NCBI GenBank assembly: GCA_051294375.1 | Contig: CM119265.1 | Span: forward strand, 20,979,000 to 21,042,999 | Reading direction: 5' to 3' | Source of the DNA: Paraspadella gotoi | Taxonomy: Eukaryota > Animalia > Chaetognatha | Length of the DNA: 64,000 nucleotides | Shown: one piece after another, positions 12,762 to 25,200 of the stretch | Numbering within the stretch: the stretch's first letter is position 1 | How the letters are laid out: the number at the start of each line of letters is the position of its first letter | Made by a program: the position numbers and the translations under genes | The notes under the pieces: generated by a model | Database searches by the model: none | Told to the model about the DNA's origin: nothing | Seen by the model: only the letters and a program-made list of their open reading frames with translations

Positions 12762-13806
12762 CTATATATAGTTGGTGGCTCTATACTTTACTAATTTTTT
12801 ATCGTCTTCTAGAGCATATACATTTGTATGTAGTTATTACTTTCGATGATAGCTCGCGAGATAGTATTTTTAATATAGGGAAATTTATTGTATATGTCGT
12901 AGTTTTACTTACATCAAACTCAGTTTATAAACAGAAAAAAGGTAGTTATATATCGATCTTATTTTATCGATGATTAAATAGGCCGCATTAACTAAAAGAA
13001 ACTATATACGTATTGATTCGTTCATTTATCTATTCACATAGTGAATTATGAGCATAAGAATTTTGAACTGCCGAAGATTTCTTTACAAATTAAACTTTTT
13101 TTCTTGTCACATAAATATGTACCGCTTGTGATGATTCTATTTATTTAACCTTCCAACTTTTAAATTAATTAAGAACTGAGTTTTCATCGCCCTATTCGAT
13201 TTGGCCGCGAACTTTGAACAGTCTCGGATTTCGGACTTGGGACTAAAGAAGAAATCTGTAGCCGGATGTAATCGCTATAATCATCGTCTCTCCCAAACGG
13301 AACGAAGGATCTTTTGTTTCTCTTCTCTTCTCATCTCCCCGAACTGCAGCTCGAGAATATTCTCCAAATCCCTCATGGTTCTGAAGGGAGAGACGGTGGC
13401 GACCTCTGTCATTCGTCTCGCTCACCGAAAGCCTTCTGCCCGGGGCACACCGAACGGAACCGCCATGGAAAAGACCGTTTCAATCGCTCGAATCTCGTAG
13501 TTCAAAAAAAAAAAAAAAACGTGGGTCGTTGCTCGATGCGATTCGCCCGAGACGATTTGAATTTCCCTAACTTTTTCGTGATGTATTGTGAAAACTTGAT
13601 AAGTTTTCGTTTCTCTTCTGAGTCTTTTGAAATTTACCAGATAATAGAATTCAATTTTCAAAACTATATTTCGTAAATTTTTGTTTTTGTTTATTATTTT
13701 CATGCTTTTTTTAGTAGGTATTAATTTTTTCAAGTACAATTTGACAACATAAAACTTTCTATTTAATATCTAGGGTCTTTGCAAACGTTTTTTGTGACAA
13801 ACCAAA

Positions 13807-16800
13807 ATGATGGACATTATCACTATTTTAGAGAAAACTGTGTCTGCAGGTCAGTGTTTTTTTTTAGACGTATAATAGTTTTTCTGCTTCAAACTATATA
13901 AATATTTATTGTACCTTCTACGAATATTATATTTTAACTGTATCTTATATTTAGTTCCTTTTTCCATTGAGACTGAAACTTGAAATGACCCCCTTTCTTC
14001 CACAGATAAAAATGAATTGGAGCAATCGTTGAATTATCTTGAGCAAGCGGCACAAACCAACTTGGTACGTTTGCGAGTCAACTGAGATATTTTTTTTACT
14101 TTTGTAATAAGAGAACAGATTTTCCTACTAACAAATTCCTCCCTTGCAGCCGGAGTTTCTGAAAACACTGTCGGAGGTGTTGAAAGTCGGGAGCAACTCT
14201 GTGGTGGCTCGCATGCAAGCGGGTATTCAGCTCAAGAACCAACTGACGTCCAAAGATTCGGCCATAAAACTTCAGTTTCAACAGCGATGGCTGCAGTTGC
14301 CGGAAGATGTCCGAAGCGTTGTCAGACGAAACGTGCGTCAATTTAAATGTCATTGGGCTACGGAATTGGAAGGGAAAACCCCTTTTTAATTAATGTTTTT
14401 CTCCTCCCCTTCCAGTCTCTCGAATGCCTCGGAACGGAGACCTCCCGCCCTTCCATCGCCGCCCAATGTGTCGCGGCCATAGGCGCCGCCGAACTTCCCC
14501 ATGGCGGATGGACGGATCTCATCAGCGTCCTCGTCAACTCGGTCACCAACTCCGCCTCCACGGAGATGCTGAAGGAGGCCACCCTCGAAGCCATTGGCTA
14601 CTTGTGCCAGGACATTGTAAGGCCGTCAAACCTGGATGACCCCGCGTTGACCCCGCTAACTTGACAAAAATTCTCCCCAGGACCCCGACGTCCTCCAGTC
14701 TCAATCAAACGAGATCCTGACGGCGATCATCCATGGGATGAAGAAGGAGGAGACGTCGGACCACGTGCGCCACGCAGCCACCAACGCCTTGCTCAACTCA
14801 CTCGAGTTCACTCGCGCCAACTTTGAAAAGGATCAGGAGAGGCACTACATCATGCAAGTCGTCTGCGAGGCATCTCAGTCCACAAACACCCAGGTGCCTT
14901 TAAAAGTTCAAGAAACAATCGCTACTGTAACAACGTATTCGTCCAATGTCTGTCTATCTCAGTCTCTCTCTCTCTCTCTCTCTCTTTCTTAGAGATGCAA
15001 ATTAAATCTCTGTGTCTCTCTCTCTCTCTCATATAGAATTTAATCCTTTCCATAGATCCGCGTGGCTGCGCTGCAAAATCTCGTCAAGATCATGTCGCTG
15101 TATTATTCGTACATGGAGGCGTACATGGGGCCGGCGTTGTTCGCCATTTCCTTGGAAGCGATGAAGTCGGAGATCGACGAGGTGCAGCTGCAAGGGATCG
15201 AGTTCTGGTCGAACGTCTGTGACGAGGAGGTCGATCTGGCCGTCGAAGCTGCCGACGTGAGTCCCCAACTAGTTATTTAGTATAATTCACTTTAATCTTA
15301 TCATATTATTATTAATATTTTATTTTAATTCTTTTTTATTTTATTTTAATTCTTAATTGATTACAAACGAAAAGAAAGGAAAAGATACAATTTTAATTCT
15401 TTAAAATTTAAATAGGCCCAAGAGCAAGGTCGTCCTCCAGAAAGAACTTCCCGATTCTACGCTAAGGGAGCTTTGCAGCATTTGATGCCCGTCATTCTAA
15501 GCATCCTTTGCAAGGTAAATAATTTTGTTTCTTACCATTCTCTACAGTCACGAAATAAGATACAAAATAGGATACCGTTAGATGCTGGAGACGAACGCGA
15601 TGTTGTCGCATCATTCGTCTGATACTGAAAAGTTTCAATTATGGTGACCTAAGAATTATATTTGCTCAACTTATCACATTATCATGAATTGGTCAAAATA
15701 CAGAATAATTTATTGAATAAAAGAAAAGTATTGAATACCAACGTCAAACAAAATAATTGATAAATTCGGTACTTAATGTAAAAATAATAATTTTATTACT
15801 CATGTACTACGTAGAGTAGATTCGACTTTTCAAAATTCCCAAATTCATTTTTAAAACAAAAAAAAAAGTTTGTCCGGTGAAAATCACATCCTCTCGTAGG
15901 CCGTTCGCTCAGTACATCTTGCCCCCACGAATTTTATACCCGCCCATACCAGGCCTGGATAGCTTGTCCAGAACGACATATTGGGTAACATATCCCATCC
16001 TTTGGCTCCGTATACTCTTCGCGCCATGAGCGCCCCGAATACGAGGTAGAACACCGCGCCGGTGAAAAATACAATCAGTAAAACGCTGCCCCAGCTGAGA
16101 CCTTCTGAGAAAAGAAAATAAGTGAGGCATAATTTTCAGATTGATTAATGCTTTGCCTCCTCTGTCTCACTTTCATCGAGTAAGTTTTGACATCCGTCGG
16201 GACAGCAGCATGCATGTTTTAGCTGAAAAACAAATATTGTATCCGTCGGCGGCTGCGCGCCCCTTGCGACGAAAATGGGCATTCCGTCGACTGAGAGGTC
16301 GCAAAGGCACTGGACCTGGGAGACAGCAGCCACGGCCGATGTCGATTTGGAACGATAGACCACTTGGAGAATTCCATCTTTCCGGGGTTATAGACTAATA
16401 TATTTTGCAATCCTGCATAAATACTTCTTTTTGTATGAACTTACTTTCGACATTAAATGAAGGCGAAAGCATTTCGTTAGATCCGATATCGGTTTCGTGG
16501 TCATTTTCTTTGAGGCAAATGTACACATCTTTGCATCCTCCATTGTCGAAAGTCAGGCATGGATTGTAGAAATAGGTCCGGCTTGAAAAATGAGGATCTG
16601 AAGAAATAGAGGGTAGGTCCTCGTTTAAATTTTTTGTCTTTTATGTCCTCTGATTTATTCAGTAACTCCCCCTTTGATTTAAGAAAGCCGTCTGGCGAAT
16701 ATTTCCTGACGTATTCCGCGAGATTTCGAAGGTCAACCATTTTTTGATTGTTCGTGGTACAAAAGCACGCTCCCACACTGACGCACTGGTAGTCGTACAA

Positions 16801-19800
16801 GAGCTTACTAGAATTGTGGTTATTTCCTGCTGATTTGGCCACTATGAAACTTATTATGAATATATACACTCTCGCCTTCGTAAACATTTTTTTTTCGTTC
16901 CATTGGATAAAAGCTATCGACAACGTGGGTGAAATCTTAATTCTTCTGATAAGATTAAGTCTTAGGTTGTAATTTGAACTGATAAACTAAGTTTTTGTTA
17001 AAACTTCTCTCTTGCTGAATTAGTATTCTCGATTATCACTGAAACAATCTTATAGAAATTGTCAATGTTTTGTGGAAGAAGAACAACAACAACACGCAAC
17101 CTTTTATCTCTCTCTCTTCCCTCCTAAGAATTGACTAAATTCGCGACTCGTAACTTGTCCTCTTTTTGTCCCTCAATCGTTTACCCATTGTCTTATCATT
17201 GACTTAGCATTTTCCATTGTTATTGTTATTTTATTCGTTTGAAAATAAATTTTTCTCAATCTGAAATTTTAAAAAGATCATAATTTCGATCATTATGATA
17301 TCATTTAATAGTTATGTAAAGGTTATTGGTTATACTTTGAATTTTTTTATCTCACCAGACGGGCTATGGCCCGTCTTAGGCGTGATAATCGTTTATTATT
17401 GCTTCTTTGTGACTTCTTTGTCGTTGTCGTCATCACGCTTGTTTATAATTGTTATAATTAATTTATAATTGTTCACAATTGTTTATAATTGAAAATTGTA
17501 AAAGTGTTTAATTATTCGAAGCTAGAAATTTTTATTTTGTTTTTCATCATCAAGATCTTTAAAATTGTCATATTTCATATCAATATTCCGATTTGTTTTT
17601 ATTTATAAAATAATTGTTTTATATAAAAATTACTACGAATTATTGTTCTATTATATGTCCCTCTCTCTTTTTCTCCTTCGTTGCTTTTTCTGATTCGTCT
17701 AAAAACGAATTGATCTCTGCAGCGACTTGACTTCTCTCTCTCTCTCTTTCTATCTCTTTCTCTTGTTTTTTTTCTCTCTTTTTCTCTTTTTCTCTTTTTC
17801 TTTTTTTTTCTTTTTTTCTTTCTTTTTTTCTCTCTTTCTTTCTTTCTCTTTCTCTGATTTTATTAAAACAAGTTTGAGCAAACAATGTCGGATCTGCCCA
17901 TGATCAATAGCGGTAATTAATTAATACAAACTATAAAAGAAATATATATTTGTTTAAATAATATATATTAAATAATAAATCCTTCATAAAATATAAAAAT
18001 AAAAAATAGTGAAACAAGTAATTTGCAAATTTTTATAATAATTTAATAAATTAATTTGATCCAAAATGTTTGTTTTTAAGTTTTTTGGTTACTGACCACA
18101 ACAAAAGCTATGACGATGATGGCAACGATAACAATAATGCCGATAACGATTGACTTGATTGAATAATTAATTAATTTATAAATAAATTGATTGATTAATT
18201 GACTGACTAATTAATTATTTATTAATCAATTGACTAATTGGTTAATTATCTGATTAATTATTTGATTAATTAATACATTTAGTATTTATATTTAATATAA
18301 AAAGAAAAAGAAGCATAATCAATTAGTGAAATAGGTTTTTTGTTTTTATATTTAAAACTCATTTCCACTTGGACGATTCTATCGAAACTTCATATCCAGC
18401 TCAATCAATCACACTTACTTACCCAGTGGGTAATACCCACACATAAAATTTCATTCCAATCCATCCACCCAATCACGAGCAATTAAAGTTTTTTTTGTAT
18501 AATTTATTATAATTCGATGTTTTGACATATAAGTGAATGCCCGACAAGATTGAGGGGGCGGACCGACGGACGGACAAAGTGAATTATAGAGTCGGGATCT
18601 GCTGATAAGCAGGATCCGATTAAAAATGTTATCAGGATTGAACTTGTGACGTTAATCATCACTGTCACGAATGTTATCATTTTACCATTACAAAAAAAAT
18701 TTTACCATTACAAAACCTTTTTTTATTTTGCCTTTTTTCCCCCTTTTTTTCTTTCGTTTTTTTATCTTTTTAACTCTCCCACATTTACTCATTTAATTTT
18801 TTTAATTAAATTTAATTAATTAATTATAATTAATTAATTTCATTAAATTTAATTAATTAATTTATTCAATGCCATTTATTTATCTGAATTTTTTTATTTA
18901 TTTTAATAAAATAAATTTAATTTATTCATTCAATTAATTTTATTTTGTTTATAAACAATATTCATCCCATCAATAATTGGTTATCATCGCTTCAATAATT
19001 TGTTATCGCATTAATAATTTGTTATCATCGTATCAATAATTCATTATTCTTTTATCAATAATCAATTATTATTATATCAAATAATTTTTTTTTCCGGATT
19101 TTTTCATTAATTTTTCATTAATTTTTCATTAATTTTCTTTCATAGTAACGTCTGGCGAGATCACTATACTTTTAAGAATTTTTCAATTCTCAGCAAGAAG
19201 AATTCGACGACGATGACGACTGGAACCCCTGCAAAGCGGCTGGAGTCTGCCTCATGCTCATGGCCACTTGTTGCGAGAACGACGTCATTCCTCACGTCTT
19301 GCCCTTTGTGCAGGAAAACATTATCAGCTCCGACTGGAAATTGCGTGACGCCGCCGCCATGGCCTTTGGTGGGTGCATCGAGATCGTCCACCTGCTCCTG
19401 TGCCTCATTTGATCATTTCTTATTTCCCTCTAAGGATCTATTCTCGAGGGTCCCGATCCGGACACTCTGTCGCCCCTTTGCGCGCAGGCGATGCCGATGT
19501 TCGTCACCCTCCTCAAGGACGATTCGGTGGTTGTTCGCGACACCGCCGCTTGGACTATTGGCAGGCTTTGCGAAATCATGCCAGAGGTTGGTATCTTAAT
19601 AATCTTAAACATAACTTAAACTTTGAACACATCCTTGTCCTCGTAGGTCGTCATCAACGAACAGTGGATGGTCTCGCTCCTCAATAACCTCGTGGAAGGC
19701 CTCAGGGCCGAACCCCGCGTCGCATCCAATGTGTGCTGGGCCTTTTCTAGGTGAATTCTTAGTGTATACTTTCTCCTCATGATCAATAATAATTCGTAAT

Positions 19801-21369
19801 ATTGTGTTTCTGCTATCACCAGTTTGGCCGAGGCCGCCTACGACAAAGCCGCCGGGGATGACGGCGGTGATCCACCTTCGACGGCACTTTCCCCTTTCTT
19901 CGAACCCATCGTGGAACGCCTCCTCGAGACGACGGACCGCACCGACGGCACGGCCGCGAATCTCCGGTCCGCCGCCTACGAAGCGCTCATGGAAATGATC
20001 AAAAATTCCGCGCAGGATTGCTACGTGACCGTGCAAAAAACCACGAAGGTTAATTATGACTGGAATATTTAGTAAAACAATCCGTTATCTGATAAATATT
20101 TGTAGCTATGTACATTTTTGTACTCTCGTATTGAATAAATATCCGTTTTATTTTGCAGGTGATCCTAGAGCGGCTGCAGATCCTCCTACAGATGGACAAC
20201 GGGGCAGCTGACCGAGCGCAGCTCAACGACCTTCAGTCGCTTCTATGCGCCACGCTTCAAAGCGTCCTGAGGAAGATGACCAAGGAAGACGTTCCGATGT
20301 TGTCGGACACCATCATGACGGCGTTGTTGCAGGTGGAAGGGTTGGGACTAGGTCGGCGAAATGTGTTTGCACTTCGGTATTTACTTTTTTCTTTCTCGTC
20401 AGATGTTCAACTCGACGAACAAGTCGGGTACGGTGCAAGAAGACGCCTTGATGACAGTCTCTACTCTGGCTGAAGTCATGGGCGACGGCTTCATTAAATA
20501 CGTGGACGCTTTCAAACCGTTTCTCCTTATGGGACTTAAGAATATCACCGAGCATCAGGTAAAGGCAATCGAATAAATTGACCATGAAATTGTGGGAAGA
20601 GGTAAGAAATTCTTTGTGCGTCTGGGCTTGTTCAGGTTTGCTCCGCTGCCGTGGGCGTCATTGGTGACATTTGCCGAGCCATCGGGAAGCAGGTTCTTGC
20701 TCACTGCGACGAGCTGATGTACCTACTTCTGGAAGACCTCGCCAACGAGGGTGTCCACCGAAGCGTCAAGCCTCAAATTCTTTCCACTTTCGGCGACGTG
20801 GCCCTCGCTGTCGGAACCGATTTCACCAAGTACCTGGACGTCATTCTGAAGACTCTGCAACAAGCGTCGCAGGCTAATGTGGACAAGGTAGTGCTTTTCA
20901 AGACAAATCCGACGTTGGGGAAATAAGTATCTATATAATTAACCGTCTGCTTTCTTGTTTGTTTCCCCCTCTCTCCCAGACGGACTTTGACCTGATCGAT
21001 TACTTGAACGAGCTGCGCGAGGGAATCCTCGAGGGATACCAAGGAATCATCCAAGGCCTCAAGGGCGACGGCGAAATAGCCAACCCGGAAGTGGAGCTGG
21101 TCAAGCCCTACGTCCAACACATAGTCGCCTTCATCGATCAGGTGGCCCAGGACGAGGATCACACGGACAGCAACATCGCGGCCTGCGCCGGGCTTCTCGG
21201 CGACCTCTGCACCACTTTCGGCGCTTCGCTACTACCGATCGTGGAGGCCCATGGCGTCGCCCTCTCGGAACTCCTCACCGAGGGCCGGCGGTCCAAGACC
21301 GGAAAGACCAAGACGCTGGCCACTTGGGCCTCGAAAGAGATCAAGAAGCTTCGGGCCAACAACCAGTGA
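13807..21369 (+). CDS. KPNB1: Importin subunit beta-1 (karyopherin beta 1), 15 coding exons, ~875 aa
   Basis: Exons 13807-13849, 14006-14064, 14150-14332, 14416-14616, 14681-14893, 15056-15256, 15416-15514, 19194-19368, 19435-19586, 19647-19750, 19823-20048, 20159-20332, 20403-20558, 20636-20887, 20980-21369 (2628 nt). [12 protein letters not shown]; [17 protein letters not shown]; [14 protein letters not shown]; [18 protein letters not shown]; [12 protein letters not shown]; [20 protein letters not shown]. The start may be 13810 (tandem ATG). Confidence 0.97.
15884..16887 (-). CDS. Cation-dependent mannose-6-phosphate receptor / ATG27-like MRH-domain type I membrane protein (~261-265 aa, 4 exons), nested antisense in KPNB1 intron 7
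   Basis: Exons 16887-16671 (or -16667), 16597 (or 16581)-16445, 16377-16171, 16104-15884. Signal peptide [21 protein letters not shown]; C..GACFC..MVDLRNL; [15 protein letters not shown]; [21 protein letters not shown]; [25 protein letters not shown]; tail [32 protein letters not shown], typical of the CD-MPR/ATG27 juxtamembrane region. Confidence 0.85.
17343..17440 (+). mobile_element. Possible terminus of a Helentron-associated (DINE-1/HINE-like) short element
   Basis: T-run, then a perfect 8-bp stem AGACGGGC-tatg-GCCCGTCT (17357-17376) flanked by an imperfect inverted repeat, followed by (GTC/GTT)-type repeats. Confidence 0.35.
18541..18626 (-). mobile_element. Possible terminus of a DINE-1/HINE-like non-autonomous element
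   Basis: Minus strand reads TTTTTAATCGGATCCTGCTTATCAGCAGATCCCGACTCTATAATTCACTTTGTCCGTCCGTCGGTCCG: T-run, hairpin, CTCTATA, then a (GTCC)n microsatellite, the usual layout of these elements. Confidence 0.5.
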
Positions 21370-22162
21370 ATTGTGGAACCGGACTTAGGTGAGAAAGCGA
21401 GGGAGTTGTTCGATGCGCGGCAGTACTGATGTGAGGTCGTATTTAAATGTATCTTTATTTTACTGCAGGATCGCCGCCCTTTCCCTTTCTCCCCCGCCCC
21501 TTGGCCCCTTCAAATCTTTGTACAATGTGTAAATAGTCGCCAAGAGTGTAACGAGGAAAAGCCTCATGGAAGAAGGACGATGTCGCCCTAAAACAACAAA
21601 AACCAATCGAATTAAAACTAAAGAAACATAATTTTTAAAGAAACAAAAAAGAAACGAAACCAAACAAAACGCCGCTTCCTTCAATTTTGTCGACGAAAGC
21701 GTGTGAAAGGTCCTAACGCAGCGCGCATCCTCCTCTTCCCGTGATAACATAAACTAAAGACTAAATATATAACTTTTATTTTCGTCTTTTTTTTTCGTTT
21801 TGTTTCTTTTTTCTTCGCTTTATTATCTCGGAAACCTGAACCATCTTCCAGTCCCCTTCCCCTCCACGCTCGCAATCGCCTGCCTCCCTTCCTCTGCGTC
21901 TTCCCTCCTCTTCTCCCTTCCCCCCCCACCTCATCCTTCTCCAGAAAAGAAACGAAACGAAAAGCTTTTTACAAGCGTCGACGAAATTTGACGTTGAAAT
22001 CTTTGGTTCCTCCGTTTTCTGCAGAAAAAAAAAATTGACTGTGCGTCCGAGAATCTACGCTGTTTCTTTTGACCTCTTACCTGTTCGTTCGCCCATCCTA
22101 CATCCATTTTCTCCCCATCGTCCGCCATTTCTCCAGCAATCTTGCCTTCTCTCCCTCTGTTC

Positions 22163-22163
22163 T

Positions 22164-22230
<67 letters not shown>
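22163..22230. repeat. (CT)n microsatellite in the probable KPNB1 3' UTR; others at ~14963, 27377, 34635, 41687, 44305, 50093, 57127, 60825 and 61079
   Basis: Directly visible dinucleotide runs. Confidence 0.95.
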
Positions 22231-22233
<3 letters not shown>

Positions 22234-25200
22234 GCCCTGCCTCGTTCAACAAGCATCCTCGCATTCGCCGCAGAACTGCCACACTCGGGTCTCCAACCAA
22301 CGACGACAACCACTCATCGCAATCCGTCTCTCGTCCGTGTCCGACGTCCGAAGACCCTCGCCCCGGCCCCCGCCCCCCCGTCCCGGCCCAACATTTTTTT
22401 TTCGTATGTGTGCGCGAACGTTGCTATTTTGTTGGATTATAGAAATCAGCTCCAGCGCGACTTCTACCTTTGAACCTCTTGGACCTACGCCTACATCCAC
22501 GATTAACGACCAACCTACCCAAGTACAAGTGATAACGACAACGCGTTTATGTGATAACTCTTTATTTTTTGTTTTTGGTGATTTTTGCCTGTGATTTTGA
22601 TGACATTGACGATTGATTGTGTCCGATTTTTATGACTGCTCGTTATACCAATACAATTTGTTTATTTTTAATTAAAAAAAAACACCAACCGTATTTCTTA
22701 CGATTTTTTCTTTCTTTTTTTAAAGTATTTATTAAATTTACAGTCCTCATCATGTCCGGTTAAATCTGTTTAGTAAACATACAGTAAGAAAAGTTTAAAA
22801 ACGATTGTCTTTTTTTTTTTACTCATTTCATTATTCGTTGGAGCTGATATTGTTGATCGCTTTTACATTCAAGTGTATGTTTTACTCCTTTGTTGATGAT
22901 GATGTTACGATGCTATTTTAGTCCGTGGTTATATTCCAATAGGGAACAATTGTTTTATCAAAAAATCTTTTCATTCCTTTAGTAATAAAAATTTCTCAGC
23001 TTTTAAAACTTTTGGTTCAGCCCAAAAATAGAATATCTATTTGGTTGAAGGAATGATCGTATTTTTCTAACTGAACTCTGACCGTGAATGAAATTCTCCT
23101 CCTTCGAAAATTACTGTGGGGACAACAAAAAAAAATGCCACCCGCCCCCAAATCCCTTATCCCCACTTTCTCCATCTACATTGAATCGCATGTTTGCCTG
23201 TTAATTCGTCTTTCGCCCGAATCTCCATTTGGATTTGACCGACTTGAAAAGCGTTTTTATTTTCAAGCCACTTTCCAAAATTACAAGTCCGCGATCTCAA
23301 ACCGTTAATATTAACAACTCTTTACTTAGCTTTAGCTCTTTCTCGTGTCCGTCGGCCGACGCGTCAGTCTCGTCTTTCTTTTTTTTTCTCGCCTGTTTAG
23401 GTTGCAATTTATTGTTTACTTTCGCCTCCAGAAAACCTATAAAAAATTTAAAAAACGGTTTGAAGTCATTCGTAATAATAATTCTTAGCATTTGTCAGTT
23501 CTTTGTTTTTTTCTTCCCCCCCCCCCTCTGTTATATTTTTAGCGTCGCGCGATTCCTGCGATGAGTTACCAATTCTGTCTCGTTGCGAACTCGCCCTTCG
23601 CAACAAGATAGCGTCTTCACGATTGTGCCGTTTGTCTTTTCCAATTTTATCTGCAGTCGATCGTTCGTTCGAAAACTATTCGGAATTAAAAAAAGTTTAT
23701 TTCCAAAAAATATATTTATCTGTAAGAGTAAAAGTTTTAAAATACATTACTTTTTTATATCTTTTCGTAGATTTAATGAAAAATTTTATCCACGATTCAA
23801 CGTCCCAGATTGTATTGATAGAAAGTAAATTACGATGAAATTTCGTTGCCCGTCGACGGATTTCATGTTTTAATCCTGCATTAGTAAAATGAAAATCAGC
23901 AAGAAAAGGTTTCCAGATTCTTTGTATTTTGTATTTCTCTGACTTGGTAAAGAATTATGTTAATTACACGTTTAGAAAGTAGCCCGATTTTTTATTTGTT
24001 ACCAATATCAGTATATGTTTAGATAAGGGTTTGCGGAAAGTTATACGTATATACTATATAGTCAGTTGATGTTTTGTTTTTATTTTTCTAATTCAATTTT
24101 GCTCTAACCTCCGACGGAATCCAAAGATGTCCCACGCTCCCGAACCGCGGGCTCACGTTTCCCGCCGCCGATAACATCTTAGACCGCAGACCGATCCTGA
24201 GGTTGGTGGCTTAGGCGGGCGGGGTAGTGGTTGTGGCCACGAAAGGGTGGGTGACGTCGGGTGCCGTTCTCCCGCTGCCAAGGAGAGAAAGGAAATGGAA
24301 AGAAAATAAGGAAAAGAAAGGTGGGGTAGGATGAATAAAAAAAAAGAAAGAAAGAAAATTGGCCGAGAAAAAGAGAGAGAAAGAAAATGGATTCCCGAGA
24401 TTTCCGAAGATATTGATTGTTTTTTAATCCGTCGGATTAAATGAAGAACAAACAAGGAGGAAGAAAAAGAGACGTGGGGAGGAAAGAACTGGGGAGGAGA
24501 AGAGATTTATCGAAGTCGACGGAGGAATGGAGCAAAACGATTCTCGGCGGGAGGAAAAGGAGGAAAGGAACGACAAAAAGGAAACGGGATTTATCGTCTT
24601 ATAAAAAAGGAGTTTCTTCCGTCGCTGGAAGAAGAATGGGTGATCGGTCGAGGTTTTTCTTCTGTTTTCCCCTTTTAATGAACACCGCAACTGGATCTGA
24701 TTAACAATTATAAATCTTACAAGGTTTAGATTCCAAACTTAGTTAAGGATTCATCATTTCTAATTCGACTTTTTTTTATTCGGACCAGCTCAATGGGTCA
24801 GAATGAGAAAAAAATGGAAGTGATACGGACTTTCTAAGATTTGAATCTCATCCCTGTACTCTGAAATTTTGTTATAACTAGTTATAACTAGGACCAAGTA
24901 AAAGAAACTGAGCTACGAGAGAATGGGTTCAAAAACTGGGTTGGAAAAGGGGGGGAAAAAAAAAACAAACTAGAAACCGGTCTTTTTTTCTGGAAGAACC
25001 AACACGAAGAAAGGGAATATGTATGGAGAAAAATGGAAAAGAAATATGAGAAGAACGGGAGAGTAAATAGTGGATCGTGATAGGGGAGTGGGGGGAGAAG
25101 GAAGGAAAGAACGAAAATGAGTCGTCTCGTCGACTCTGACACAAGAGCTAGTTGGGGGGGGGGGGTTGAAGGCTGGCGCTCTCCGCAGTTGGAGGGGAGT

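Noticed and set aside
13375-13500. Short ORF MVLKGETVATSV.. upstream of KPNB1 as a uORF
   Set aside because: The TSS and 5' UTR exon boundaries cannot be fixed from sequence; it may lie in the promoter or a 5' UTR intron (acceptor near 13773).
15588-15620. Imperfect hairpin agacgaacgcga..tcgcatcattcgtct in KPNB1 intron 7
   Set aside because: Short and bulged, with no snoRNA boxes, SECIS context or second copy to support a function.
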